Shown here: one piece after another, positions 41,812 to 51,749 of the stretch
Numbering within the stretch: position 1 is the first letter of the stretch
Layout: each line of letters begins with the position of its first letter
DNA from: an uncultured candidate division Zixibacteria bacterium
Lineage (GTDB): Bacteria > Zixibacteria > MSB-5A5 > GN15 > FEB-12
Length of the DNA stretch: 64,000 bases
Assembly: GCA_963735035.1 (NCBI GenBank)
Contig: CAVTJJ010000003.1
Coordinates: 800,001 to 864,000 of the forward strand
Direction: 5' to 3'
The notes under the pieces: model-generated
What the model was told of the DNA's origin: nothing
The model's input: the letters and a program-made list of their open reading frames with translations, nothing else
The model's database searches: none
Translations under genes and position numbers: made by a program

Positions 41812-43764
41812 TTATTGCACTGTCCGATTGACAAGTGTTGTTAGTCGCAGCGACGCTTTCAGGCTCTTGTTCATGCGGCGCGCCTCATCGTACTGTTCAG
41901 GTGGGATTTCACCGCCGAAATATATCGTTCGCGAAATCAAGTGCAATCCGTTGTCGTGGGTCACGTCGCAGCTCAGCGAAGCCAATTTGCAGGAATCAGA
42001 AATGTGCCGCGGATCTCCGACTGGAGTCCAAGATGGAGGAAGACGCCATTCGATGTCAGTCGTGATGTCGGCGGGGGTACCGAAAGTAATCGGGTACACC
42101 CGCTCTGGGCTCGACAGATCGTCTACGTGGCCGTAATGAAAGAAATCCGTGGTGAGAAGACAGGATGTCCCCGACAGAGTCGCCGCATGCGAGGCCGAAA
42201 GCACGAATGAGAGCCACGAAGAATCACTATCTGCGCCGAATGAACAGTCGGTCAGTATCGGGTTTTCCACTACCTGAGCGAAACGCTTTTGCCAAGCACC
42301 TGCCATCTCTCGGCCTGATAACAATTCCTGAATGTGCCCGTCCTGTGCCCCCCAGATTCCGTATGTGACTATACTTACTTCGGCGCACATGCTGAGATCA
42401 GTGGATAATTCGGCGACGGCGCGAAAACGGCATTTACGATCTGCCGGTGTGAGAGCCGGCAACTGCGTCAGGGCAGTGTCACCAGGCGACAACTTCAAAA
42501 CGTACGAGCCACGTAGCGTGGCACTCAGGCTACCCAGAGGTATGGCGTCGTTGGTCGGATCGAAGTAGAGCCAGCCGCCGACAGTGGCATTCGGAAATTG
42601 TGGCAGATCTGGCAAGTGTTTAACGGGAATAGCGACGATAATATGATCGAATTGAAACGGACACGGAAAGTCTGGCTCAACTCCACCGCTGATTCTCGCG
42701 GCGACCGCCTCGGAGGGAATACCCACCAAAGCCAGCATAGCCCTCATGAGAGTTGCTTTATCTTTGCAATCTCCGAACTTGTTCTTCAGAGTGAGGCCAG
42801 CCTTCCGGGGTTGGAAGCGATGGTCCCCGGCCCAAACAGCAATGTATTTGATCTCTTCCTGGACCCACTTGGCGATAGCGTTCAGTTTCTCGGTAGGAGA
42901 GTTCACCCCGCCGCACAGTCGTTCAACCGTCTTTACCAAGGGGACGGTGTCAGCACATGCGGCATCATACAAAGCGCGCTGCCAGGTCACTGCTGTGTTC
43001 CAATCGGCGAAGCCACGCACCTTCCGGCTGCGGTCATCAAAGCATCCTAGCGACACCCGCCGAACCAATTGCGACCAAGGTGGCATGTACGGCTCGGTCG
43101 GGCGATAGTCTAAATTCTCGGCTGTCCAAATGTGTTTATCTCCCTCGCTGGTGTAAGTGACCGGTTCAGCCTGCTGCTCGAATGTCAGAAGTTTCCAATC
43201 AGGCGGTATCTCTACCTCAAATCGCGCGCTAACTACTGGCTGGTTTAGCTGAAATTGAAAATCGGTATAGTAACTGGTAAACGGGTCGTCGTCCTTCACG
43301 GTGTATTCGTACGCGATAATGTCCCCCGGGGAAACATCCTTGAACGACGCCACGAGCGACAGAACATCATCGTAGATGTCAGTCCTTTGATTGAGGTCGC
43401 GCTTCATGACGCACTCCCTGGGGAGCTCCATCGCGCTTCCGTCCGGCCTCAGCTTCCAGCCCTTAAGATTCTTTACCTTGCGAGTGGTGGTCAACGGTTC
43501 AACCAGAATAGCCAGACCTGCGCCCAGTGTGTCTAGAACCCGAGCAGCCCGGCGAACCTCAAGAACCAGATCTCCTTTCTTACCGATCTTTCCCACCACG
43601 GAGTCAAGCAATATGAGCAATGAAGCATCCTTGTGAGGGGTCACCGATGCACCACGCTTGGCCGCCTCTAGCACCCAACTGGGTTGGGCTAGACCGGACC
43701 CGTACAAAGCCGGCACAATAATCAGCAGGGTAACCCAGAATGCCATGCGACGGCGGCATTTCAT
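41812..43764 (-). CDS. DUF3857 plus transglutaminase-like domain protein
   Basis: Signal peptide, GDIIAYEY, GDCKDKATL, FDHII, YFDPT (Cys-His-Asp). Confidence 0.88.
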   Translation of the reverse strand: MKCRRRMAFWVTLLIIVPALYGSGLAQPSWVLEAAKRGASVTPHKDASLLILLDSVVGKIGKKGDLVLEVRRAARVLDTLGAGLAILVEPLTTTRKVKNLKGWKLRPDGSAMELPRECVMKRDLNQRTDIYDDVLSLVASFKDVSPGDIIAYEYTVKDDDPFTSYYTDFQFQLNQPVVSARFEVEIPPDWKLLTFEQQAEPVTYTSEGDKHIWTAENLDYRPTEPYMPPWSQLVRRVSLGCFDDRSRKVRGFADWNTAVTWQRALYDAACADTVPLVKTVERLCGGVNSPTEKLNAIAKWVQEEIKYIAVWAGDHRFQPRKAGLTLKNKFGDCKDKATLMRAMLALVGIPSEAVAARISGGVEPDFPCPFQFDHIIVAIPVKHLPDLPQFPNATVGGWLYFDPTNDAIPLGSLSATLRGSYVLKLSPGDTALTQLPALTPADRKCRFRAVAELSTDLSMCAEVSIVTYGIWGAQDGHIQELLSGREMAGAWQKRFAQVVENPILTDCSFGADSDSSWLSFVLSASHAATLSGTSCLLTTDFFHYGHVDDLSSPERVYPITFGTPADITTDIEWRLPPSWTPVGDPRHISDSCKLASLSCDVTHDNGLHLISRTIYFGGEIPPEQYDEARRMNKSLKASLRLTTLVNRTVQ

Positions 43765-43899
43765 ATCAACCCTCCGAGAGCAGGCTTACGGGCACAGGTC
43801 GCCGGGTGTGACCCCGACAAATTCACCCAAAGCGATGGATAGACAACAACTTCCGGGCGACTTTTCATATGACCCCTTGCCTGCAGGTCCATAATGCCA

Positions 43900-43928
43900 A
43901 GTATATGAGTCCCTTACCCTCATGTCAA
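43900..43928 (-). promoter_or_regulatory. Sigma70-like promoter
   Basis: TTGACA-N17-TATACT. Confidence 0.65.
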
Positions 43929-44070
43929 TAAACTACTCGCACCCATCATTACCCGATCGGATGCTTTCTCTCTGGCTTATATTATTCGGCCTGAATATGT
44001 TAACCTACATGACGGGCATCGCATGGCTTAGCCGACGGAGATGATCTGAAGGTTGTCAGGATGGATGTGT

Positions 44071-44745
44071 ATGACCGACCAATACTATTCCCAAAAGCTC
44101 GCCGCCGACCGCTTGAAGCGCGTCTACGATCTCGCGCCGCCGCGCATCCAACAGTACCTCCAATCGGAAATAGCGTATGTGCTCGAACTGATGCCCGCGA
44201 ATGCCACGGTGCTCGAGTTGGGCTGCGGCTACGGTCGGGTGCTGAAAGTTCTGGCCGAGAGAGCAGGACAGTTGATCGGAATCGACACGTCAATGGCCAG
44301 CGTGGAACTGGCGAAGAGCTACTGCGGCGACCAACCCAACTTACACCTCGCGCGCATGGACGCCTCCCGGCTGGCCTTTCGCGATGACACCTTTGATGTG
44401 GTGGTATGCATCCAAAATGGCATTTCCGCTTTTCATGTGGATCAGAGGAAATTGATCCACGAAGCTTTGCGGGTCGTACGACCGGGTGGGCTGGCTCTAT
44501 TCACCAGCTATGCAGAGAAGTTTTGGGATGTTCGGCTGAATTGGTTTGAAAGACAGTCTCAACTCGGCTTGGTCGGTGAAATCGACTATGCGAAGACCGG
44601 CGACGGTGTCATCGTGTGCAAAGACGGCTTCACCGCAATGACTGTCAACGCTGAAGCCTTTCGCACTTTAACTGCGGACTTGATCGCCGACGTAGAAATT
44701 GTCGAAATCGATGAGTCCAGCCTGTTCTGCGTGATCCGATTGTAG
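44071..44745 (+). CDS. Class I SAM-dependent methyltransferase
   Basis: VLELGCGYG, GIDTS, FDVV, RPGG. Confidence 0.88.
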   Translation: MTDQYYSQKLAADRLKRVYDLAPPRIQQYLQSEIAYVLELMPANATVLELGCGYGRVLKVLAERAGQLIGIDTSMASVELAKSYCGDQPNLHLARMDASRLAFRDDTFDVVVCIQNGISAFHVDQRKLIHEALRVVRPGGLALFTSYAEKFWDVRLNWFERQSQLGLVGEIDYAKTGDGVIVCKDGFTAMTVNAEAFRTLTADLIADVEIVEIDESSLFCVIRL

Positions 44746-44844
44746 AAGTGACTGCTGAGAACACGAAAGTGGAGTTGCGGTAGGTCTTGCGCCCCGCCTA
44801 AGCGGGGCGTGTGACCTACCGAGTATCGTCTTTTTAGTGTGCGC

Positions 44845-45162
44845 TTACACACACCCAGTCGGTTTGGCGAGACCGGCAACCTTACAGGCTCCCTTGGCCG
44901 GACCGGACGGAAACAATTCGTATATTCGACCCAGTGAAATGCCCGTGTCCTTGCAGAGTTTCCGCACCATCGGGGCGGTACCGAACTTGACGTAATAGTC
45001 ACGAAGGTAGTTCACCAGCTTCCAGTGTTCCTCGCTCATCTCAGTAACGCCTTCAGTGGTGGCCAACGCGCGGGCAATGGCATCGTTCCACTGCGACGGA
45101 TCATTCATGAAGCCGTCGTCGTCAATCTCAATCTTGATATCATCATGTTCGAAAGTAGGCAT
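44845..45162 (-). CDS. dsrC: DsrC sulfur carrier (DsrC/TusE family, two C-terminal Cys)
   Basis: DDDGF, HW..V.YLR.YY, LFPSGPAKGACKVAGLAKPTGCV (CX10C). Confidence 0.85.
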   Translation of the reverse strand: MPTFEHDDIKIEIDDDGFMNDPSQWNDAIARALATTEGVTEMSEEHWKLVNYLRDYYVKFGTAPMVRKLCKDTGISLGRIYELFPSGPAKGACKVAGLAKPTGCV

Positions 45163-45417
45163 CTGTTCTCCTGAACCGGTTTATGCAGTCGTCTGATTCT
45201 CGTAGGAACCGACTGACCTGGCGAAGATGCACTAAAAGAGCGGACGACTCAACGGAAAAATGATAATCGGCAGACACGCGAGTAACTGCACATATCCACT
45301 TACTACACAAGGAATTGTATTTATACACGAAGGCCCCCCCGAATCCAGAGGAGCCTTCAAATGTGTCAGCAACCCGGGCTAAACTGCCGGGTGCTGCGTC
45401 TGCAAAGATGGACCCGC

Positions 45418-47700
45418 TTACTTCAATAGAATCATCTTCTTGGAATCAGTGAACTGGTCGGTCTGCAGACGATAGAAATAGACGCCGCTCGCCAGGTCTT
45501 CCCCATTCCAGGTCTCACGATAGAAACCGGCTTCACGCCAGCCGTTCACGAGAGTAGCCACCTTTTGGCCGGTGATGTTGTAAATGGTGATTTCAACATT
45601 GCTCCCTTCGGGTAGCGCATACCAGAACTCGGTGGTGGGGTTGAACGGGTTTGGATAGTTCTGCACCAGAGCATAATCGGTCGGCAGACCGTCCGTACCT
45701 GCGACCAGGTCGTTCTGCGGAAGGCCTGATACCCACCAGCTCGAGACTACGTTGCCACCGATGGCAACCTTATGCTGATTGACCAGATTCGGGTCTTTCA
45801 TGAAGTAGTATCCGGCGCTGTCGCACACGAAGCTGACACTTGATGCTCTGGTCTCCCAGTGGCCGCCCGGTCCCGGCTGCGAAAGGCTCATCTGGGTCTG
45901 ACCCCAGTAACAGTAAGTGATGGTAGCGAATTTGACCCGGGTGTTGCCGGCCGGCTGGGTGTTCCATCCGACGCCGGACTTCAGGACGACCCACTTATGG
46001 CTGGCTCCATCAAAGCTGTCAATTTCCACCCCCGCCTCCGGCACCACGTTGTAGATGTTGTGAGCGCCGGTGACTACGATCTTCACCTTGAAATCATCAA
46101 GATCGAAACTGCTCCGGGTGAAATATTCCTGCGAAATCAGCCCGGAACCGGACGAAACCGACGGGCAGAAGTATTCGCCCATGAGATATTCGACTTGAGG
46201 ACTGTCCCAAGTATAGTTGCCGGCGGCGTGGGTCAGCACGGCCGCCCCGGTCGTATCCGTCACAAGCGCATTGTAAGTCGGGTCGGAATCAAACGGGGTC
46301 TGATAGGTGATAGGGTAGAACCGATTATCGAAATTTGTGGGCGGTACGAAACCAGCCACAGTTTGGATGTTGAAAGAAACCATGTTCTCAGGAGTTCCCA
46401 GCCCCGGCAGGAAGCCGGAGTTGGGCTCAGCCCATATCGATACTTCCTGACCATTCGCTCCGTCGTATGTCCAGGCGCCGAAGTTTATGGCTTCATAAGT
46501 CAGCTGACCCGTCTTCTCCAGGCTTGGACCCAGGCACACATTCGTGATGATCGACTTCCAGCCTCTGCCGGCCGGGAAGTTGTTGTTCATCTTGATCATC
46601 ATCGAGACCTGATTGTCGGTCAACCCGATCTTGCCGCCATCGGTGAACTCGGTAGTCACAGCAGCCAAGTACGCGGGAATGCTGATAGTGCAGGGGTACT
46701 TTGCCCAATAACCGAAGGGAATGCCGCAAGTCCCGGCATCCTGGGCTATCACGAATCCCATGGGATTTACCGACTCAACGTCCGTACTTCCACCCTGCCA
46801 ATTCCCGATGACCCGGAACCTCAGGTTCGCCATTACGTCGCCGTGAAATTCGTGTCTTGGGACAATCGATTCATTGGTATTGAGCTGTATGCCTACTCGG
46901 CCCGATACAGAGGAGTCAACGATCGATGAGGTAATGCTCCCTTCCAGAGCGCTCAGGCCGACAAAACGAAGCTTCGTGTTGTCATAGGTGAACGTCAGGT
47001 TGGCCTGTGCCATCCTGAATTCCCCACCCATGTAGATCGGCACCTCAATCACGGTACCAAGCGCTCCGGGCACTTCCATGTGCATGAAAGTGTCGCCCAG
47101 CCAGACGGTCCAGGTTGGCTGCCACGGACGGAAGTGGCCGTCAAAGATTCGATTGGTCCGGGTATTCACGATATGCCTGTCGATGCCGTCATCGACCCAG
47201 GTCCCATTGGCGCCATAAAGTACAGAAATCGGACTATTGATTGGCGAGGTCTGACACTCTGCCCGGAAATCAAACTCGGCCAGAACGGTCGGTGTCGCGG
47301 AGTTCGGTATGCCAGATGTACCCGGATCCGGGTCAATGTCAAATATCACAGTGGTGGGATTGCCGGGTATGACCGTGAGATACGGCTGTACCGTACCCCA
47401 TTCCGGTACGGCGCGTGCGGCGGTCAATGTAACACGGGTGGGATCGTAAGTGAACTTGATCGACGCCCCCTGCAAATAGCCGCTCCGTACTTGATCGAAC
47501 GCAAACTTGAAATAGACTGTCCCCGTCTCTCTGACAGGCTGATCCGTAGTGTGATAGGTGTAGGCTGCAGTGTCCGTCATGTAGAATTTGACACTATCGG
47601 TCTTTATGGCTTCCACGCCGGCGATCGCTGTGCTTGCCATCCAAAGCAAGCCCAGACACACCGCAACCAGACCGACAACACGTGGTAGTGAACGATGCAT
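45418..47700 (-). CDS. Secreted protein with cohesin-like beta-sandwich repeats and C-terminal secretion tail
   Basis: Signal peptide, FTYDPTRV and G..IEVPIY...FTYDNTKL; QNYPNPFNP...SGVYFYRL...KKMILLK. Confidence 0.75.
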   Translation of the reverse strand: MHRSLPRVVGLVAVCLGLLWMASTAIAGVEAIKTDSVKFYMTDTAAYTYHTTDQPVRETGTVYFKFAFDQVRSGYLQGASIKFTYDPTRVTLTAARAVPEWGTVQPYLTVIPGNPTTVIFDIDPDPGTSGIPNSATPTVLAEFDFRAECQTSPINSPISVLYGANGTWVDDGIDRHIVNTRTNRIFDGHFRPWQPTWTVWLGDTFMHMEVPGALGTVIEVPIYMGGEFRMAQANLTFTYDNTKLRFVGLSALEGSITSSIVDSSVSGRVGIQLNTNESIVPRHEFHGDVMANLRFRVIGNWQGGSTDVESVNPMGFVIAQDAGTCGIPFGYWAKYPCTISIPAYLAAVTTEFTDGGKIGLTDNQVSMMIKMNNNFPAGRGWKSIITNVCLGPSLEKTGQLTYEAINFGAWTYDGANGQEVSIWAEPNSGFLPGLGTPENMVSFNIQTVAGFVPPTNFDNRFYPITYQTPFDSDPTYNALVTDTTGAAVLTHAAGNYTWDSPQVEYLMGEYFCPSVSSGSGLISQEYFTRSSFDLDDFKVKIVVTGAHNIYNVVPEAGVEIDSFDGASHKWVVLKSGVGWNTQPAGNTRVKFATITYCYWGQTQMSLSQPGPGGHWETRASSVSFVCDSAGYYFMKDPNLVNQHKVAIGGNVVSSWWVSGLPQNDLVAGTDGLPTDYALVQNYPNPFNPTTEFWYALPEGSNVEITIYNITGQKVATLVNGWREAGFYRETWNGEDLASGVYFYRLQTDQFTDSKKMILLK

Positions 47701-48185
47701 GTTTGCCTCCATTATGCAGTTGGTTTGTTCCCACAGGAATACAATTCAAGATTTCGCTGAGGCGTTCACGGCGGCGGACGCGCCGGCCCACCCGAAGGGG
47801 GAAATTTGTATAGCGCCCGGCCATAGGCCGGATACCAATGCATAACTTCCTTCCTCTCAGTCTACGAGTTATCACCCGGTAAGACAGAATAGAAAGTATT
47901 CAGCCCTTGGCGCGAACGGATTCAGCGAAACTGAGCCCGGAAGTCATTCTGACGCCGTGCGGCGTCACATCCCGATGAGGCTATCAAACAAATATCATAC
48001 CCGCATAAAGTATACGATGCCGCCATTCTCCATCCAAGCAAAAAATAACGGCATTTGTCAATTCTTGTCAGATCATGCGAAATGTCCAAGTCCCTGCTCA
48101 CAATTCCTTCTGGCTCCCAAACTCAAGTCACACAGTACTTTTCTCGATATTGACAAGACAACACTCTGATCGCTTCATTGCTGTC

Positions 48186-49031
48186 ATGATAATCAGACGC
48201 GCCCGACCGGATGATCTCGGGTTCTTCGTAGACTGTGTGACGCATGAAGGCTGGCTCAGTGAAACGCGGACTGTCTTCGATGCCTTCTTCGCACACTCGC
48301 CGGAGGGATGTTTCGTCGGTGAGATCAATAACCGCCCGGTCGGCATGTGTGTGGCGAGTTCATACGGCAATTGCGGCTTCATTGGAGAACTAATCGTCGT
48401 TCGCAATCAGCGTGGATGTGGACTGGGCACACAGTTCATGAAGCACGCCATCGCATGGCTGCAAGCCGAAGGATGCCAGAGCATCTATCTCGATGGCGAT
48501 ATCCCAGCGGTGCCAATCTATGAAAGATTGGGATTCCGCGCGATCACACAGTCACTGCGGTTTCTCGGACATGTCGAATATTTCAAGAGCGATAGCATCA
48601 CACCGATTTGCGACAATGTCCTTCCGACCCTTCTGACTGCTGACCGACTTGCTTTCGCGGCCAATCGCAGCTTCTTCTTGAAGCGCCGCCTCGAAACATT
48701 CCCTCAACTATGCCTGGTGGAGATGAAGAACGAATTGTTGGTCGGCTATATCATGGGTCAGCCCGGGCACGGCGTTGTGTCCGTTGGCCCCTGGCTGGTC
48801 ACAGATTCATCTCCCGATCCGCTTGGTTTACTTCGCGCTCTCGCCGAGGCGTGTGGCAATCAGAGACTGCGTATAGGCGTGCTCGAATCCAATCGGGCTG
48901 CGACCGCTCTTTTGCGGTCTCAGTCAGCCCTCACTGAAACTGAACCAAGTATTAGGATGGTTCTCGGTCCCGATTGCGGTCTAGGGGCATCAGCCCAGCT
49001 ATACGCGATCGGAGCACCGTCAAAAGGCTGA
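48186..49031 (+). CDS. GNAT family N-acetyltransferase
   Basis: IIRRA, V..NQRGCGLG, IYERLGF. Confidence 0.85.
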   Translation: MIIRRARPDDLGFFVDCVTHEGWLSETRTVFDAFFAHSPEGCFVGEINNRPVGMCVASSYGNCGFIGELIVVRNQRGCGLGTQFMKHAIAWLQAEGCQSIYLDGDIPAVPIYERLGFRAITQSLRFLGHVEYFKSDSITPICDNVLPTLLTADRLAFAANRSFFLKRRLETFPQLCLVEMKNELLVGYIMGQPGHGVVSVGPWLVTDSSPDPLGLLRALAEACGNQRLRIGVLESNRAATALLRSQSALTETEPSIRMVLGPDCGLGASAQLYAIGAPSKG

Positions 49032-49040
49032 CCGCCTCGG

Positions 49041-49343
49041 TTACTGCTCGCCTGAAAAGAGGGCCAACCGATAGCGGTGCAATTCAGCTTTGAACACTCC
49101 CGCTTTGACCGCGGGGTCTTCACGGACAATTTTCTCTGCCGCAACGATATCCGCCGCCCGAAATACCGCCAACCCCATGCTGCCTTCTTCGGTGCGTCCA
49201 GCCAGGAGCAGGATTCTCTCGGACAGAAGCCGTTTGAGATACTCGAGGTGCTCGCCTACCGCCGCCGATTCCTGTTCGGTAGCATCGTCGACAAAGTTTG
49301 AGCGTGGGGAGCGATAGATTATAAGATAGTGGTCCATAGACAA
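49041..49343 (-). CDS. YciI family protein
   Basis: H..YL, LAGRT, EDPAVKAG. Confidence 0.85.
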   Translation of the reverse strand: MSMDHYLIIYRSPRSNFVDDATEQESAAVGEHLEYLKRLLSERILLLAGRTEEGSMGLAVFRAADIVAAEKIVREDPAVKAGVFKAELHRYRLALFSGEQ

Positions 49344-49445
49344 TTATACGAATCCACTGCCAATTAGGAAAACGAATCCGGTCGCTCCCCCGGAAACCTC
49401 TTGGGTCACCGCTTGTTATAGGGTGTGCCTGGAAGGAGTTAGTAT

Positions 49446-50144
49446 ATGATTACATTACGGCGCGCCGAAGAACGTGGCCACGCCCAGCACGGCTGGCTGG
49501 ACACTTACCATACCTTTTCTTTCAACACTTACTATGACAAGAAGTACATGGGTTTCCGCGCCCTTCGAGTCATCAACGACGATCGCGTACAGCCCGGACG
49601 CGGCTTCGGTTTCCATCCCCATCGCGACATGGAAATTATTACCTACGTCTTGAGCGGTGAACTCGAACACAAAGACAGTATGGGTAACGGTTCAATAATC
49701 AAGACTGGCGACTTTCAGTACATGAGCGCCGGTAACGGGGTCATGCACAGTGAATTTAATCCCTCAAAGACTGAGCCGGTGCATCTGCTCCAGATTTGGA
49801 TCGTTCCGAAGGTCAACGGCGGCGCCCCCCAGTATGCTCAGCGGTCATATCCAGAGAAAGATCGATTGGGCAAGTTCGTCCTGATAGCGTCACCGGACGG
49901 GCAGGCCGATTCCTTCATCATTAAGCAAGATGCCCGCCTTTACTCTGCGATTATTGACACGGCAGGTAAGATCACCACGCCGATCGTGCCAGATCGGTAC
50001 GCCTGGCTGCACGTCGCCACGGGCAGCATCGTATTTGATAAGGAGATTCTGCGCGCGGGCGACGGCGCCGCGATAAGTCGCGAAGCCACGCCGAACATTA
50101 CCGGGATTGAGCGAAGTGAACTGCTGCTGTTCGATCTGGCGTAG
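49446..50144 (+). CDS. Pirin family protein (YhhW-like)
   Basis: GWLDTYHTFSF, HPHRDMEI, H.DSMGN, HSEFN, LQIWI. Confidence 0.95.
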   Translation: MITLRRAEERGHAQHGWLDTYHTFSFNTYYDKKYMGFRALRVINDDRVQPGRGFGFHPHRDMEIITYVLSGELEHKDSMGNGSIIKTGDFQYMSAGNGVMHSEFNPSKTEPVHLLQIWIVPKVNGGAPQYAQRSYPEKDRLGKFVLIASPDGQADSFIIKQDARLYSAIIDTAGKITTPIVPDRYAWLHVATGSIVFDKEILRAGDGAAISREATPNITGIERSELLLFDLA

Positions 50145-50317
50145 TACGCGAAGCAATTGGCATTAAGAATGGATTCACTACCGGGCCGCCTCCCAGCAGG
50201 TAATCACCTCATGTTTTGGCCAAGTAGCTATAGCCGGCCGACATCATTGGTATACTAGCGATCCCCAATCACAATTATGAGCACATGGCCCCCCTTTGAT
50301 TACGGACGTGCAACCGT

Positions 50318-51013
50318 CTAGAGTATCTGCCAACCGAAAATGTAAATGGCACTGAGATACAAGCCGACCAGAATAAACAGTGCACCAGTTGCAAGGCGCG
50401 CCAAACGCTCGATAGCCGAAAGCCGATTGAACAACGCCGCAACGTACCTGGCTCCGAAAGCAATGAGTACGGCAAAAGCAACCACTGGCAATGCCGTACC
50501 GACGCCAAATATCGTCGGTATCATGATCGGCGACTGCCTCTGTACGGCGAGCGGAATGAGGCTGCCGAAGAAGAGCGCTGCTGACACTGGACATAGTGAG
50601 AGTGCGAACAGCACCCCCAAGAGTCCCCCGCCCCACATGCCGGACGCCGCCACCCGTTCCTGGGTCTTCTGCCCGAGAGTCAACCCCGATGATTTCCATT
50701 TGAACAGGCCGAGCAGGACCAGGCCGGTCAATACGAGAAGCGGTCCGAGAAACTTGTTGAAGTTGTCCTGGAGAAAGAAGGAGAGGCTGGGGATCGCCAT
50801 TACACCACCCACCGCAAGCGCCGCAAGAGCCACATACACCAGACTGCGACCCAGGGTATAAAGCAGCCCCGTTGCCATTGCCCGGCTCGGTCGCCCCACC
50901 TGGCGGCCGATATATGTTATCGCGGCAATGTTGGTAGCAAGCGGGCAGGGCGAGATCGAAGTCAGGATGCCCAGCCAGAGAGCCGAACCTGCAGCAACAA
51001 ACCCGGTATCCAT
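50318..51013 (-). CDS. ArsG-family permease (DsbD/CcdA-like)
   Basis: LGILTSISPCPLATNIAA, CPVSAALFFGSLIP. Confidence 0.85.
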   Translation of the reverse strand: MDTGFVAAGSALWLGILTSISPCPLATNIAAITYIGRQVGRPSRAMATGLLYTLGRSLVYVALAALAVGGVMAIPSLSFFLQDNFNKFLGPLLVLTGLVLLGLFKWKSSGLTLGQKTQERVAASGMWGGGLLGVLFALSLCPVSAALFFGSLIPLAVQRQSPIMIPTIFGVGTALPVVAFAVLIAFGARYVAALFNRLSAIERLARLATGALFILVGLYLSAIYIFGWQIL

Positions 51014-51504
51014 TACCGGACCGGAGCGGCTATGAATATCCGGGTCTGGTCCTGGACGTATTTCACGAACCGGCCTTTGTCACCGACCAACGTCCAGATG
51101 CTATCCAGATTAGTCCAGGCGATTTCTTTCCCGCTGCGCAGCCGCGATATAATCACCGCTTTGGTGAACAGCTTGTAGTCGGCGAGAAAATGCTTGTTCT
51201 CTTCCTTGTCCCAGTTCACCGTGCGCCAGACCAGAGAGCTGTCCTTCAATTCCTTCTCGAAACCGGTCTGCATAGCCTCGGCGGAGTAAGTCTCCAGCTT
51301 GTAGCAGGTCGCGCAACGGACGTTCCCGTGGAAATAGGAAGCTATGAAAACATCGGCCGATGCCGCGCTGTCAGACTTGGACGCTTCTGGAGCGGGCGCC
51401 TGTTGCGCCCTGACCAGCAACGCGACCGGATTTACAAGAATCATTATGACCGCCAACCAGATCGAACGTGACATCATGTACCTCATTGCCAAAGGCCCAA
51501 TCAT
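51013..51504 (-). CDS. ArsF-family periplasmic CxxC protein (start may be about 51477)
   Basis: YFHGNVRCATC..LE, W..L..IW. Confidence 0.82.
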   Translation of the reverse strand: MIGPLAMRYMMSRSIWLAVIMILVNPVALLVRAQQAPAPEASKSDSAASADVFIASYFHGNVRCATCYKLETYSAEAMQTGFEKELKDSSLVWRTVNWDKEENKHFLADYKLFTKAVIISRLRSGKEIAWTNLDSIWTLVGDKGRFVKYVQDQTRIFIAAPVR

Positions 51505-51738
51505 CTACATCAGCAACTTCTTCAAGTCGTCGAGCGATGGTACCTTGCCGGACACCTTCACCTGACCATCAACCAAAAGCGCCGGAGTCATCATGACCCC
51601 GTATTTCGTTATTTCCCGAATATCGGTCACTTTCTGAACCGTGCAATCCAATCCGAGTTCACGAGCTGCCCGCTGCGTCTGGCTCAGCAGTTCCTGACAC
51701 TTGGCGCAGCCGGGGCCGAGTACTTTCACATCTTTCAT
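51505..51738 (-). CDS. Small thioredoxin-like protein (MTH895/ArsE-like)
   Basis: LGPGCAKC, YGVMMTPAL.VDG. Confidence 0.9.
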   Translation of the reverse strand: MKDVKVLGPGCAKCQELLSQTQRAARELGLDCTVQKVTDIREITKYGVMMTPALLVDGQVKVSGKVPSLDDLKKLLM

Positions 51739-51749
51739 TCCGCGTTCTC

